From a virus, in the IMG/VR virus record IMGVR_UViG_3300028364_001588: DNA of 64,000 bases; one strand, written 5' to 3'. How positions within the stretch are numbered: the first letter of the stretch is position 1; each line of letters opens with the position of its first letter. The notes below the pieces were generated by a model. The model searched no databases. It had not been told where the DNA came from and was given only the letters and a program-made list of their open reading frames with translations. Shown here piece by piece: positions 30,025 through 39,925 of the stretch. The position numbers and the translations under genes were made by a program.

Positions 30025-30483
30025 TTAAGTTAATTCTACACTTTTTGTTGTTCCAGTCACTTGATAATTCAAGAAAGTTGTACCACCAGAAGTAGTAAAC
30101 CACATTGAACCGTCTGCTGGAGCTGCTGCGTTAACTGGCTCCATTATAAGTTGAGCTACAGATGTAGAAGTTAAACTCATCGTATTTGCGCTTACGTTTG
30201 TTGTAAATACAGTATCTCCTGTTACAGTTCCACCGCTAAGTGCAAGGAAGTTTCCAGAACCTCCTCCTGTTACAGTTCCCACCGCTAATCCAGAACCTCC
30301 TCCTGTTACAGTTCCACCGCTAAGTGTAAGGAGGTTTCCAGAACCTCCTCCTGTCATAAATACAGTCCAAACGGATTCAATTGCACACTCTAAATTTTTA
30401 AAGTTTTGATTCCAAAGATTCCTACCTTCATCAGGGTTGTGATAAGGTTGTACTTCAGTTATACCAGTTAAACAATAAGCCAT
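30025..30483 (-). CDS. virion structural (fibre-like) protein
   Basis: LSGGTVTG motifs, T/G/S-rich; late-type promoter 30511-30517. Confidence 0.55.
   Translation of the reverse strand: MAYCLTGITEVQPYHNPDEGRNLWNQNFKNLECAIESVWTVFMTGGGSGNLLTLSGGTVTGGGSGLAVGTVTGGGSGNFLALSGGTVTGDTVFTTNVSANTMSLTSTSVAQLIMEPVNAAAPADGSMWFTTSGGTTFLNYQVTGTTKSVELT
30217..30353 (-). repeat. imperfect tandem repeats encoding GTVTGGGSG
   Basis: Three copies of CCAGAACCTCCTCCTGT and of GTTACAGTTCC-ACCGCTAA. Confidence 0.8.
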
Positions 30484-30536
30484 TTCTTTTGATTATTTAT
30501 AGTTTCTCTTATAAATATTCAAAGAAAACTTTAAGT

Positions 30537-31283
30537 TTATGTTTTTGTAATAAAATTAATGTTTAAAAACTTCAACACTTCTTTGTTTCTAAGATTCTTG
30601 TAGTCACTCGCAAATAGGGTATATTCAAAAAGCATTTCATTATACTTTGCAACTGGCGATTTATTTCCCTTTCCAAATTTTTGAATTAGCTTTCTCGAAT
30701 TTACATCAAACTCGATTGTAACGTGAGGCATGTTATGTTTATCTCTAATAGAGACGATGAGAGATTGTTTGTTTTTAACCTTGCTTTTATAACCTTTTCC
30801 ACCAACGCAATGGCCCATTATATTCCCTTCAAGTTTTAGGTCATTTGCTGTCAATAAATACAAGAAATGTTCTTGGTCTGAAAATCTAAATATAACCCTA
30901 TCTTCTACGATTGTAGGGATGTCCATTTTTTCGATTCTATACTTCCTTCTCATCTCATCATGCCACTCTGCTTGCATTTGATATGCCTTATTAAAGTCGC
31001 ATTGAAATATGTCAGCTTTCGTTTCTGATGCCCAGTCTACTATTAGTCTAATATCTGTAAGTCTGTCGATTATTTCATGAGATTTTTTCACTTCTTTAGA
31101 AATCCAAACATCATATTTGTGTTTTCTTTTTTCAGCTAATTCATTGTCTTGATTTACGTTGTCTCCAATGAATCCAATAGAGTTTCCAACCTCTGAAATC
31201 TTCTTAACTAACTTTTCAGCCTCTTCTTCTGGAAGTTCGCTAAAAAACGTTTTCTTTATGTATTCCTCTCTTTTAGTTAGCAT
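30537..31283 (-). CDS. PcfJ-like domain protein
   Basis: LKLEGNIMGHCVG, SIRD...PHVTIE, Q..GKGN. Confidence 0.75.
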   Translation of the reverse strand: MLTKREEYIKKTFFSELPEEEAEKLVKKISEVGNSIGFIGDNVNQDNELAEKRKHKYDVWISKEVKKSHEIIDRLTDIRLIVDWASETKADIFQCDFNKAYQMQAEWHDEMRRKYRIEKMDIPTIVEDRVIFRFSDQEHFLYLLTANDLKLEGNIMGHCVGGKGYKSKVKNKQSLIVSIRDKHNMPHVTIEFDVNSRKLIQKFGKGNKSPVAKYNEMLFEYTLFASDYKNLRNKEVLKFLNINFITKT

Positions 31284-31554
31284 CTTTGTCTTTTTTTTCT
31301 CCTACAATTAATCTTAGATTAACAATATCATCAAGTTCTTCTATTTCAAATCTACCAGAATGCTCTTTGGGGTCATCCATTTTGAGGCCGTTAATTTTAT
31401 GTGTTTTTTTAAAGGTGAAGGTTTGTGTGTCGTCATCAAGTTCAAAACCAACAATTGTGTAGCATTTCATAATAACTCTCAACTTATGCTGCAGAGTTGA
31501 CAACTTTCTTTTTTTAAAAGTCCTTGCGTTTATTTTGAAATCCTTGATTACCAT
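31273..31554 (-). CDS. hypothetical protein
   Basis: ORF in - strand run. Confidence 0.55.
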   Translation of the reverse strand: MVIKDFKINARTFKKRKLSTLQHKLRVIMKCYTIVGFELDDDTQTFTFKKTHKINGLKMDDPKEHSGRFEIEELDDIVNLRLIVGEKKDKDAN

Positions 31555-31558
31555 ATTA

Positions 31559-31759
31559 TTATTCTTCTGGCAATAAGTGGTCCCAATTACTTTTTAACAC
31601 ACTAATATCTTGACTACTTACGACTTCATAAATTCCTGTCCAACCACCATTAACCATATAGTCTAATTCATCTTCATCATCAGTAATTGATGTGAATCCA
31701 GAATAACCCATTTCTGCAACTTGTTTTGCAACAGCTACTATAAATTCTTCATCAGTCAT
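31559..31759 (-). CDS. hypothetical protein
   Basis: Likely start MTDEEF at 31759. Confidence 0.5.
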   Translation of the reverse strand: MTDEEFIVAVAKQVAEMGYSGFTSITDDEDELDYMVNGGWTGIYEVVSSQDISVLKSNWDHLLPEE

Positions 31760-31760
31760 A

Positions 31761-32321
31761 TTATTTCTTTTTCTTTTTTTTCTTAAGACCCATGCTGTTA
31801 ATCTTTTTTTGAACTGAGCTCTCATTTCTGTTTAAGCTATTAGAACAATACTTTCTGCCTTTTGTTGGATAGTTTTTCTTGAGGAAAGAAATGTCCTCTT
31901 CGGACCAAGCGCCTTTTATGTAACCGTCTTCAACATACTGCTCAACTTCATCTTTAACTTCTTGAAGTGTTTTTTGGATATTTGTTGAGCTTACGATTAA
32001 TTGCTCTCCGCCTGGGGCTTCTGAAGCTAATGGAGCAGCTACAATAGTCTCCATACTTTCAGTTGTGTGAAGCTTATCTAATACTTCGTCATTATTAGGG
32101 TTTACAACCTCTTCCATAGTAGACATAACCTTTTCTGCGTCAGCTACCAAAGGCGTGACCGTAATCAAACCTTTCTTCTTGTAGATTTGCATTATTATTG
32201 TTTCAAAGTTATCAGCAACAACCTCTTTTCCTGACCCAATTTCAATTCTCCCATCTGCTCCATTTATTCTGGCAAATATGTTAACTGATTGGGGGGACAT
32301 ATTTTTAATAGTACATTTCAT
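31761..32321 (-). CDS. protein with C-terminal Myb-like HTH
   Basis: WSEEDISFLKKNY...LNRNESSVQKK...GL. Confidence 0.6.
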   Translation of the reverse strand: MKCTIKNMSPQSVNIFARINGADGRIEIGSGKEVVADNFETIIMQIYKKKGLITVTPLVADAEKVMSTMEEVVNPNNDEVLDKLHTTESMETIVAAPLASEAPGGEQLIVSSTNIQKTLQEVKDEVEQYVEDGYIKGAWSEEDISFLKKNYPTKGRKYCSNSLNRNESSVQKKINSMGLKKKKKKK

Positions 32322-32383
32322 GTGTATAGTTTTCCATTTTTAGAAATATAGAAAGATGAGGGGTAAAAATCAAATAAAAGGAC

Positions 32384-32411
32384 AAAAAAAATCCACCATT
32401 AAGGTGGATTC
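32384..32411 (-). terminator. intrinsic terminator
   Basis: AATCCACC-attaa-GGTGGATT with U-tract on - strand. Confidence 0.7.
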
Positions 32412-32429
32412 TAAATTTATAATTTTAAA

Positions 32430-34283
32430 TTAAGCTTTGTAATTAGGGTTTCTAATTAGCTTGCCTAACTCTTGATTGTAGTAGTAAGCTGTGTTTGGAA
32501 CTACTGACGCTTCTCTAACAATGTTCTCAATAATGATTTCTTTGCTTTCAGAAACTTCTACAGTCTCAATAAGAGCTTTTTTGTAGTTAGGGTTGTTCAC
32601 AAGATTTCCAGAGTTCATATCCAAGATAAAAGCTTTGCCTTCATTTAGATATTCATCTTCAAATACTTTAAATTCAGCACCAGAAAGAGAACCAGGCTTG
32701 TCAACTACAACAACTGCTTTACCTTCTATTTCATCTCCATGGTCAACACCACTATTTCTTTGCATGAATTCTTTCATGTTTTGTTCTTCACCTTGCTCTC
32801 TTGATACTATTTTTGCAGAAGTACCATCTTCTATTTCTCCACCGCAAGACTCTGCAAGCTTAATGGTTGAGTTTTTATCAAAACCAGAAAGTGCCTTCCA
32901 TCTGTTAGACTCTTCTTCTTTGGTTTTTTGGTGAGTAATAATATATCTTTTGTTAACCCCTTTGTCTTCATTCTCTGTAAGAGAAGTAAATTTCTTTTTA
33001 GAAGGGTCAAAGCTTTCGCCTAACGCTGCTTTACCTTTCATTCCAGCTCTTCCTTTAGGAGAACCTTTTGAAAGCTTGTCTTCTTCTGCTGAGTTCACCT
33101 CAACTCCGTGAAGTCCAAGTGCGTGGTTTTTATCCATTCCCTTAGGAGCGTATCCATCATCATCTAATTCAACAGTTGTCCATCCGTCAACATTTTCTCT
33201 CTTAAGAGCTCTTTTCTTGTTTCTCTTAGAATAAGGAGTTTCTTCAAATCTTTCTTGTAACTTAGAATGAATGTCATCTTCTTTCAATTTGATTTTCTTT
33301 TTTTCTGAATGACCAGGAGTTACATTATCTTTAGCTTTTAATTTTACTCCTCCTTTGTGTTGCTTTACTTTGCTGCCAGTTTCTGGTAAATCATCAAGCC
33401 CTTCTGACATCTCATCATCAAAGTCTCCTCCTTTACCAAAAGCTCCAGGAGTAAGGTATCCACCAGCTCCAGCGCCACCACCACTTGCAGTAACTTCGTC
33501 AACTGTATCCTCTTCTTCTTCGTCAAACAACAAGTTGTCTTTAGAGTTCGCACTCTTAACTTCTTTACTGTTTGGTTCAACTTCTTTTTTAGCTGATTCC
33601 ATTATCTTACCAAGAGTTTCATTGAAGTCTCCTTTAAGAATGTCTGTTAAACTTAGTTTTTTCATATTGCTTTCTACCATTGAGTTAATACTTTTTTCAG
33701 TTCTATCCTCAATACCTAATTTTGTACTAAAGAAATAAGCAGCTTCTTTATCTGCAAATTTATCAAGAACCTTTTTAAGGTCTTTCTTGAAGTCTGAAAT
33801 ATTATCTACTTTGAATGTTTGTTTGTTGTTTATCATGTAGGCACCATTCTTTTCGTCTTGGTGACCTCTAAACGCTGCTTGCTCTGTTGTTTGGTATGTG
33901 AAGTCCATTGTTTCAGATTCGCAATCAATATCAACGTGAATTTCTGCAACCATTTTCTTACCACCATAACTAAGATTCTTCTCAAAGAATCCGTTTGTAG
34001 CCTTTGGTCCTTTAACTCTGTTAATTGTAACAGTGTCTTGACCTTTCTTAACTCCAGTACCATAAGTAGTGCCGTCTCCGTACACGCCTCTGTTCCAACC
34101 TTGTTCGCCTTTAGCGTCTTTTGGTTCACGAGTTTTTATACCTTCAGATTTGAAGGCTGCTTCAGTAGATTTAATCAACTGTTCTTCAATTGCATCATAC
34201 ACATCAGACTTAAGCTTTTGGTTTTTTGCAAATTCAGAACCTTGTTCATCATTCTTCTCTGGGTTATTTTCTATATTGGCCAT
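32430..34283 (-). CDS. large acidic prohead-core/internal protein
   Basis: Many (L/I/V)xE sites, GYLTPGAF, EESNRWKALSG; promoter 34301-34308. Confidence 0.5.
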   Translation of the reverse strand: MANIENNPEKNDEQGSEFAKNQKLKSDVYDAIEEQLIKSTEAAFKSEGIKTREPKDAKGEQGWNRGVYGDGTTYGTGVKKGQDTVTINRVKGPKATNGFFEKNLSYGGKKMVAEIHVDIDCESETMDFTYQTTEQAAFRGHQDEKNGAYMINNKQTFKVDNISDFKKDLKKVLDKFADKEAAYFFSTKLGIEDRTEKSINSMVESNMKKLSLTDILKGDFNETLGKIMESAKKEVEPNSKEVKSANSKDNLLFDEEEEDTVDEVTASGGGAGAGGYLTPGAFGKGGDFDDEMSEGLDDLPETGSKVKQHKGGVKLKAKDNVTPGHSEKKKIKLKEDDIHSKLQERFEETPYSKRNKKRALKRENVDGWTTVELDDDGYAPKGMDKNHALGLHGVEVNSAEEDKLSKGSPKGRAGMKGKAALGESFDPSKKKFTSLTENEDKGVNKRYIITHQKTKEEESNRWKALSGFDKNSTIKLAESCGGEIEDGTSAKIVSREQGEEQNMKEFMQRNSGVDHGDEIEGKAVVVVDKPGSLSGAEFKVFEDEYLNEGKAFILDMNSGNLVNNPNYKKALIETVEVSESKEIIIENIVREASVVPNTAYYYNQELGKLIRNPNYKA

Positions 34284-34330
34284 TTAAAAGATGTTTTCTA
34301 ATAAATAGACCAAAAAAACTGATTTACAAC

Positions 34331-34360
34331 AAAAAGACCTACCAAAAAATGATAGGTCTA
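34331..34360 (-). terminator. intrinsic terminator
   Basis: AGACCTA(T/C)CA stem with U-tract on - strand. Confidence 0.6.
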
Positions 34361-34445
34361 TAGCATAGTAATAAAGAGGCTTGCGCTGCCCGTAGCAAGA
34401 TATGTGTTAGTACGGCTTAACAATGCCAGTTGCGCATGTTTAATC

Positions 34446-34763
34446 TCACCCTCCAATGTTTTGTTTTATTAACCCTTTAGATTTCCATGCGTTCCAGGTT
34501 TCTTCGTCAACAGTGTGTCTAAACCCAGGGTTATCAAGATACATCATACCTTTATACATGTATCCAATAAACCTTCTTCTGGTTTTTGTAACCACTTTAT
34601 TTTTCATCCTCCCAGTGTAAGCGTCAACGTCATCAAGATTATACTCCTCCTCAGTAGCGTTAAAGGTATGTATTTTATACTTCTTTTCAGCAAACAGCCA
34701 GAATCTATAGTTCCAAGATGCATTAAGTATGTAGAATCTTAGCTTTGATTGTTTCCATTTCAT
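34446..34763 (-). CDS. hypothetical protein
   Basis: ORF in - strand run. Confidence 0.6.
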   Translation of the reverse strand: MKWKQSKLRFYILNASWNYRFWLFAEKKYKIHTFNATEEEYNLDDVDAYTGRMKNKVVTKTRRRFIGYMYKGMMYLDNPGFRHTVDEETWNAWKSKGLIKQNIGG

Positions 34764-34990
34764 CCGAGAGTCATTTTAACAAACACAAAATATATAAGAA
34801 AAACTATCAATGAAGCGATACCGAGAATCATGAAGAAAAATGTAGAGTTAAACCTAAACCTTCTCCATATAGATAATTCATCATATCCATCCTGACCTCT
34901 TGTAGCTTTGTAGTCGCCAAAAACATTCCATCCAACAAATCCTGCTGCAACTGCCATTAAGGCTAATATAACTTTAAGTACTATTATCAT
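34760..34990 (-). CDS. two-TM membrane protein
   Basis: Two hydrophobic helices. Confidence 0.6.
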   Translation of the reverse strand: MIIVLKVILALMAVAAGFVGWNVFGDYKATRGQDGYDELSIWRRFRFNSTFFFMILGIASLIVFLIYFVFVKMTLG

Positions 34991-35289
34991 TTTTCTGAAG
35001 GGTTTTGTGATTCAGAGCCCCCATCAGAACCTATACCAAGGTCTTCAGAAGATTCTTTTGTATTTTTTGTCTGCACCATTGATTGGGCTATTTGAATCAT
35101 GAAGTGCTCATTTTCTTGCATCACACCGTTTATCCTGTGCAGTTCAGACATTTCGCTCTTAAGCTTAGAAACAAGGTTAACTTCCTTGTCTCTATTGCTT
35201 AAAAGAGCCATAATGTTATCCATAACAACAGTTCTATCCTCTGATAGAGAAGTCATTACTTTGGATAATATGTCTAATTGGGTTGCCAT
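34987..35289 (-). CDS. hypothetical coiled-coil protein
   Basis: ORF in - strand run. Confidence 0.6.
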   Translation of the reverse strand: MATQLDILSKVMTSLSEDRTVVMDNIMALLSNRDKEVNLVSKLKSEMSELHRINGVMQENEHFMIQIAQSMVQTKNTKESSEDLGIGSDGGSESQNPSEK

Positions 35290-35750
35290 TAGTTTGATTC
35301 TGCAGATACTCTTGAAATCTCTACGTCAAGGTCTTGGTGATATACATCAACAATTGTAGAAAGCGCAACTCCAGTAGTTTCGAAATCAAACATTGCATCT
35401 TCAAGGTTGTTCTCAAGATTTGTAGTAGCGTCTTGTACAGACGTAGCCTCAATCATGTAGTTCTGCTTTGTCTTGCTTATTTTTCCGTTGTCATCTTCAT
35501 CAGAAATAGTGATTTTTCCTAAATACCAATGTCCTCCTTCGTTATTTCTGATAATTTCAGTAATCTCAGTAACTGACATAGCATGCACAAGGAATTCTCC
35601 AGATGCAGTTTGGCCTATTTCTTTATTTATTCTTGCTTCAGCATCAGTGAAAGATACTGCTGGAAGTAAAAAGGCTTCATTTAATTTCTTAACCTCTTCG
35701 TCTTCTCCGATTTTGTTGTACTTTACCTTTACGGTATACCATCTGTTCAT
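35289..35750 (-). CDS. DUF4494-like protein (Bacteroidota family)
   Basis: WY.VKVKY.K...E..L..AVSFTDAEARI; WY..KI; TIVDVY. Confidence 0.8.
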   Translation of the reverse strand: MNRWYTVKVKYNKIGEDEEVKKLNEAFLLPAVSFTDAEARINKEIGQTASGEFLVHAMSVTEITEIIRNNEGGHWYLGKITISDEDDNGKISKTKQNYMIEATSVQDATTNLENNLEDAMFDFETTGVALSTIVDVYHQDLDVEISRVSAESN

Positions 35751-35808
35751 AATGTATTGTTTTAATTATTTGTACAAATGTAAAGATTTCTACAATAAAA
35801 AACAACAC

Positions 35809-36456
35809 TTATCTATGAATTCTGTGATTGTTGGTGCTCATTGATTTGGTATCGAATATTCCCATACCTTTATTATTACCTGCTCCACCAGCTTGTCTAA
35901 GGTTCTTTTTAGTATTTAGATTACTTTGATTTAGATTGTCAAGCTGCTGGTTAACCCACTCTTTTCCAGAATCTCCACCATGAAGCTCCCAGGCTTGAAT
36001 TGGTCCAGAGTTTTGAATTGTCTTACCCGCAGCTTTGTCGGCATTGTAAGCTTCTTGACCTGTTTCAAAAAAAGATTTCATCTTCTTCATCATGTCGTAA
36101 CCCTGAGTTTGCTTAGAAGCAAGCTCTTTGGCTTTATTAAGACCTGAACCGTGACCAGTTCCAGATTGTGTTTGATTGTTTCCTGAAACAGCATTAAGCG
36201 CTTCTTGAGCTCTTTGTGCTACATTTGGCGGAGGAGTAAATGATTTATTATTATCAAACGTAACCGCTTCAAACAAAACTTTTCTAATTATTTTTCTAAC
36301 TTCATTCATCGCCATGGTTCTTTCCCATATCTCTTGATTGAATTCTGGCTCTTCTGGTCTTTGTTGTCCAAATTGAAGGACGTGAAGTTGGTCCATAGTA
36401 TATCCTACAGCCAAATAATCATCCACTTCGTCTTCGTATACGTATACGTAAGTCAT
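35809..36456 (-). CDS. putative head-associated protein
   Basis: MNEVRKIIRKVLFE; FTPP.NVA..A..AL; M.SFF; AWELHGGD.G..W. Confidence 0.55.
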   Translation of the reverse strand: MTYVYVYEDEVDDYLAVGYTMDQLHVLQFGQQRPEEPEFNQEIWERTMAMNEVRKIIRKVLFEAVTFDNNKSFTPPPNVAQRAQEALNAVSGNNQTQSGTGHGSGLNKAKELASKQTQGYDMMKKMKSFFETGQEAYNADKAAGKTIQNSGPIQAWELHGGDSGKEWVNQQLDNLNQSNLNTKKNLRQAGGAGNNKGMGIFDTKSMSTNNHRIHR

Positions 36457-36938
36457 TATGACATCATTTTAAGAATAGCAGACTTAATGTCTTGAGGAAG
36501 CTTAGATGAAAACCCAAGGTTAGCGAGATTCCAGTTTACTTCATCATAAAAAGCTATATTATTAACAGGAGCACCTGATTCAAGAGTTCTTCTAATGCTA
36601 ATCATAAGACCTTCTCCTTCTCTAAGTGCAATATTGTTTCCTTGAGCACCTTGATATTGAGTAGGGTTTTCATACATGCTATCAACAATAGTGCTAACAC
36701 TCTTTCCTTGATTTACTGCATGCTGACCTCCTGCACTATCGTTTCCGCCCATGAAATTACCTCTCTGACCTTCTCTTAGTCCAGCGTTCTTTTCTCCAGA
36801 AGAAAGCTCTGAAAGCCTTTTGTAATCTTCCTGAAGTTTTTCTGCATTAGTCTCTTCTCTTTCTTCCTTAAAGATTTCTCCTTGAGTTTCGAATGACTGT
36901 GTAAGCTTGCGCATTCTATCTTTTTCGTTTTCTTTCAT
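36456..36938 (-). CDS. putative head-internal protein
   Basis: ENEKDRMRKL motif; LRE sites. Confidence 0.5.
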   Translation of the reverse strand: MKENEKDRMRKLTQSFETQGEIFKEEREETNAEKLQEDYKRLSELSSGEKNAGLREGQRGNFMGGNDSAGGQHAVNQGKSVSTIVDSMYENPTQYQGAQGNNIALREGEGLMISIRRTLESGAPVNNIAFYDEVNWNLANLGFSSKLPQDIKSAILKMMS

Positions 36939-36950
36939 TGTAATATATTT

Positions 36951-37409
36951 TTACCAAGTAACTGCTCCTATTCCCATATCTCCAGAATAAAATCTGATAG
37001 ATTTAGGAACCATTGATTTGTAAATTTTTTCGAGGTCAAACTTAGGACTTGCAACCATTGAGTTAGTAGAGTTATTTGGCATATCTCCATCAAGGTCAAT
37101 GTCTCCATTGTCATCTACTATTTCATTCAAACTTTCATCTCCTTCTGTTGATTGAGAAAGAAAGTCTACTATAAAATATTTGAATATGTCTTGGAATTGG
37201 TCTTTGTTCTTTTCGACCCAACCTTTAAAGTCTGAAGTTTTAACAACAAGATTAGCTTTTTTTCCATAGGTAGTAATGAAATCAATCTTAATGTCTTCGC
37301 CATCAAAATTAACATCAATAACTTTATCTATCTCACCTGGAGATAAACTTACTACTTCTTCGCCTTCTTTTAGAAGAACGCTTAAACATATGTCTTTTAG
37401 TTTTTTCAT
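36951..37409 (-). CDS. putative head-internal protein
   Basis: MKKLKDI...LLKE leader; LNEIVD; promoter 37424-37430. Confidence 0.5.
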   Translation of the reverse strand: MKKLKDICLSVLLKEGEEVVSLSPGEIDKVIDVNFDGEDIKIDFITTYGKKANLVVKTSDFKGWVEKNKDQFQDIFKYFIVDFLSQSTEGDESLNEIVDDNGDIDLDGDMPNNSTNSMVASPKFDLEKIYKSMVPKSIRFYSGDMGIGAVTW

Positions 37410-37447
37410 CGAGCGCTTTTCTAATAAATAGAAGGAAATTAAAGAAA

Positions 37448-37858
37448 CTACACCTTATTTAGCCACTCGTCTATTAAATTTGATTTTACAGAAAAACACT
37501 GCACTTCTGACTGATTTAATTCAGCACCAGTATAAACATCTACTCTACTTGAAGTTGCTGGAGATGCAAATGATGTAAACGACATTCCACTCTGAATTGT
37601 TCTCATAGAAGTTTCGCCTTGAATACTCAAGGGATAAAGCATGATGTTGTCTTCATATTGAACTACGCTGCTTACAATTTCAGATGGCTCATTGACATAC
37701 TGATTTGTATACTTTCTGTTTAACACATTACCATCAACACTGTAGAAGCATTTTAACTCCCTCTCTTCGTCTTTAAATTCTGCATAACTAACAAGATTGT
37801 TGCACTTGTCATATATTCCTATGCTGCTATAACTTTTCTCCATCTTCCAGTTCTTCAC
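37448..37858 (-). CDS. hypothetical protein
   Basis: 136 aa ORF. Confidence 0.55.
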   Translation of the reverse strand: MKNWKMEKSYSSIGIYDKCNNLVSYAEFKDEERELKCFYSVDGNVLNRKYTNQYVNEPSEIVSSVVQYEDNIMLYPLSIQGETSMRTIQSGMSFTSFASPATSSRVDVYTGAELNQSEVQCFSVKSNLIDEWLNKV

Positions 37859-39830
37859 TAAGTTTTAAATCTTTAATTGGTCTGAAAGAAACATCTTTAT
37901 CTGTTAGATAGTTCATCATGAGGTTTTTAAACCTGTTGCTCCCCTGTTCGTTAGCAAAACCTTTTACTTGGTCAAACTCAAGACCATCTCTTGAATAGTA
38001 TTTGAATCCGACAGTGAACCTTTCAAGTTCTTTAGCTGGTCTATTAGGGTCTCTATCATAAACTGTAGCCATAAGATAATTACCTTGAGCTACATTGGGA
38101 GCGTATTGAGAAGCGCTGTGTCTCATATCAATACCCTCTTTGATGATTAACCCTGGAGAATCAAGAAGATGCATCTCAAGAGGCCCTTCATAATCCCCTT
38201 CACCTTTAGACTCAAGGAATCTAAATTTAGAAACGAATTCTTTGATTGCTCCAGTTTTCTCTTCCTCACTTTTAACTTTATAGAAAGTCACAAGATTATC
38301 GTGATAATCAACCAAGTCAGAGTAAGTCTTGATTTTGTTGAAGTGCTTCTTTGGGTCGAACTTCATGATTTCCATCATCATTCTTGCATCATCATACTCT
38401 ACAAAAGAAAACTCTCTTACATTTTTGTAATCCTTGTGGAAGAATCTATTCTCAACGAAATCATCAATAATGCAAAGAACCTTGTCAAGCTCCTTTGGGT
38501 CCATTTTATCTCTAAAGTAGAAAACATCAATTGCATGCGTCAATAAATCGAGGTCATGCCTTTGAAGAAGTGAAATAACTCCTTTTTTGTCATAAAACTT
38601 GAAGTATTTAATTATCTGTTTGTATTGAGAGAAGTTTGTAATATGATTGTAAATAAATTTAGAAATAGTACCATCTTCAACAGCATCCATTACTTGATAC
38701 TTGCCATCAACCTTAACAACTTTACCGCTTTTGTAATTTTTATTAAGATTAATTTTATAATTAGCAGACTCATCAGTTTCTTCTATCTTGTAATTAAGCT
38801 TATCTTCTTCTTTGTTTATTGTGTTTTCGTAATCAATTCTTTGTTTTGATTTAAAGGCAAAGTCATGAACTTCTTTGTTGTCTCCATTTACCTCTTCATT
38901 AAGTTTGTTGATGTACTTTGTAACCAAAAAGTTAAATATGTTTACTGGAGATGTTGCGCCAGACTCTATCATTTCTTCAGAAGAAGGTATGTCACACTCA
39001 AGCATAAGGTCATATAAGAACTGAGAACCCTTGGTGAGTGCTACAGTTGAAAGGTTTGAATACTTGATTATTCCAAAAAATATAGAAAGAAGCTTCTTCA
39101 TGTAAGGTATTCCAATCTCCATAGGAGCGCTTCTGATTGATTCTAAGAACTCTGATACTATTTCGCTATTCTTGGTATCAGAAACGAAATTAGCAAGCCT
39201 GTTAACGTACATATGAAGCTTCATAAAGTCAACAACCTTATCTGTTTCTTTTATGAAGAACTTGTCTACATACTTTATCGCTTCATCAAGACCAAACTCA
39301 ACTTCTTGAGTATTTCCAAAATCTTGATATGTTAGCTTTTTACTTTCCTTTTCAAATCTTATGTACTTAATTGATTCATCAAATACTACTTTAAATTCTT
39401 TTTCACCATCAATTTCTCTTGAGGCGATTTCTGGACAAGCTTTTGCGTAATAAAATATTAAATCTGTATCAGTTTCCTTGAAGTCGTATCCAGAGATAAA
39501 ATAAGTACCAATGGGAATAAGTTTTCTTCTAATGTCTGGGTTGCTAAAGTTTTTTTCACAATGAGGACATTGAACCTTTTTGTCTAATGCAAGCTTTATG
39601 TCTTTATACATTTCTCCATAAATATCATCACCCTCTTCTTCCTCTTTTTCTCCGAAAAGATTTAAAGGTTTTTTGGCACTAAGTGCAGTGTCAAGTTCCA
39701 ACACCTCTTCTTCGTTGCTGCTTATAAAACTTTCCCCGCAGCTGCAAAAGTATTTATCCTCTTCTTTGCCTTCTATGACAAAGGAATATTCTGAACTAAT
39801 ATTGTCTAAATTTAGAATTTGATTTTCCAT
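37827..39830 (-). CDS. large PcfJ-like protein with N-terminal Zn ribbon
   Basis: CSCG...CPHC; YHDNL; IKEGIDMRHSASQY; DQVKGFAN. Confidence 0.65.
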   Translation of the reverse strand: MENQILNLDNISSEYSFVIEGKEEDKYFCSCGESFISSNEEEVLELDTALSAKKPLNLFGEKEEEEGDDIYGEMYKDIKLALDKKVQCPHCEKNFSNPDIRRKLIPIGTYFISGYDFKETDTDLIFYYAKACPEIASREIDGEKEFKVVFDESIKYIRFEKESKKLTYQDFGNTQEVEFGLDEAIKYVDKFFIKETDKVVDFMKLHMYVNRLANFVSDTKNSEIVSEFLESIRSAPMEIGIPYMKKLLSIFFGIIKYSNLSTVALTKGSQFLYDLMLECDIPSSEEMIESGATSPVNIFNFLVTKYINKLNEEVNGDNKEVHDFAFKSKQRIDYENTINKEEDKLNYKIEETDESANYKINLNKNYKSGKVVKVDGKYQVMDAVEDGTISKFIYNHITNFSQYKQIIKYFKFYDKKGVISLLQRHDLDLLTHAIDVFYFRDKMDPKELDKVLCIIDDFVENRFFHKDYKNVREFSFVEYDDARMMMEIMKFDPKKHFNKIKTYSDLVDYHDNLVTFYKVKSEEEKTGAIKEFVSKFRFLESKGEGDYEGPLEMHLLDSPGLIIKEGIDMRHSASQYAPNVAQGNYLMATVYDRDPNRPAKELERFTVGFKYYSRDGLEFDQVKGFANEQGSNRFKNLMMNYLTDKDVSFRPIKDLKLSEELEDGEKL

Positions 39831-39870
39831 ATTATAATTTCTTTTGTAGAAATATATTCATTTAATACAA

Positions 39871-39897
39871 AAAAACCAAGACTTTTGGCCTTGGTTT
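39871..39897 (-). terminator. intrinsic terminator
   Basis: AAACCAAG...CTTGGTTT stem. Confidence 0.6.
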
Positions 39898-39925
39898 AGT
39901 TTTAAATGATATTTTTATGTATTAC

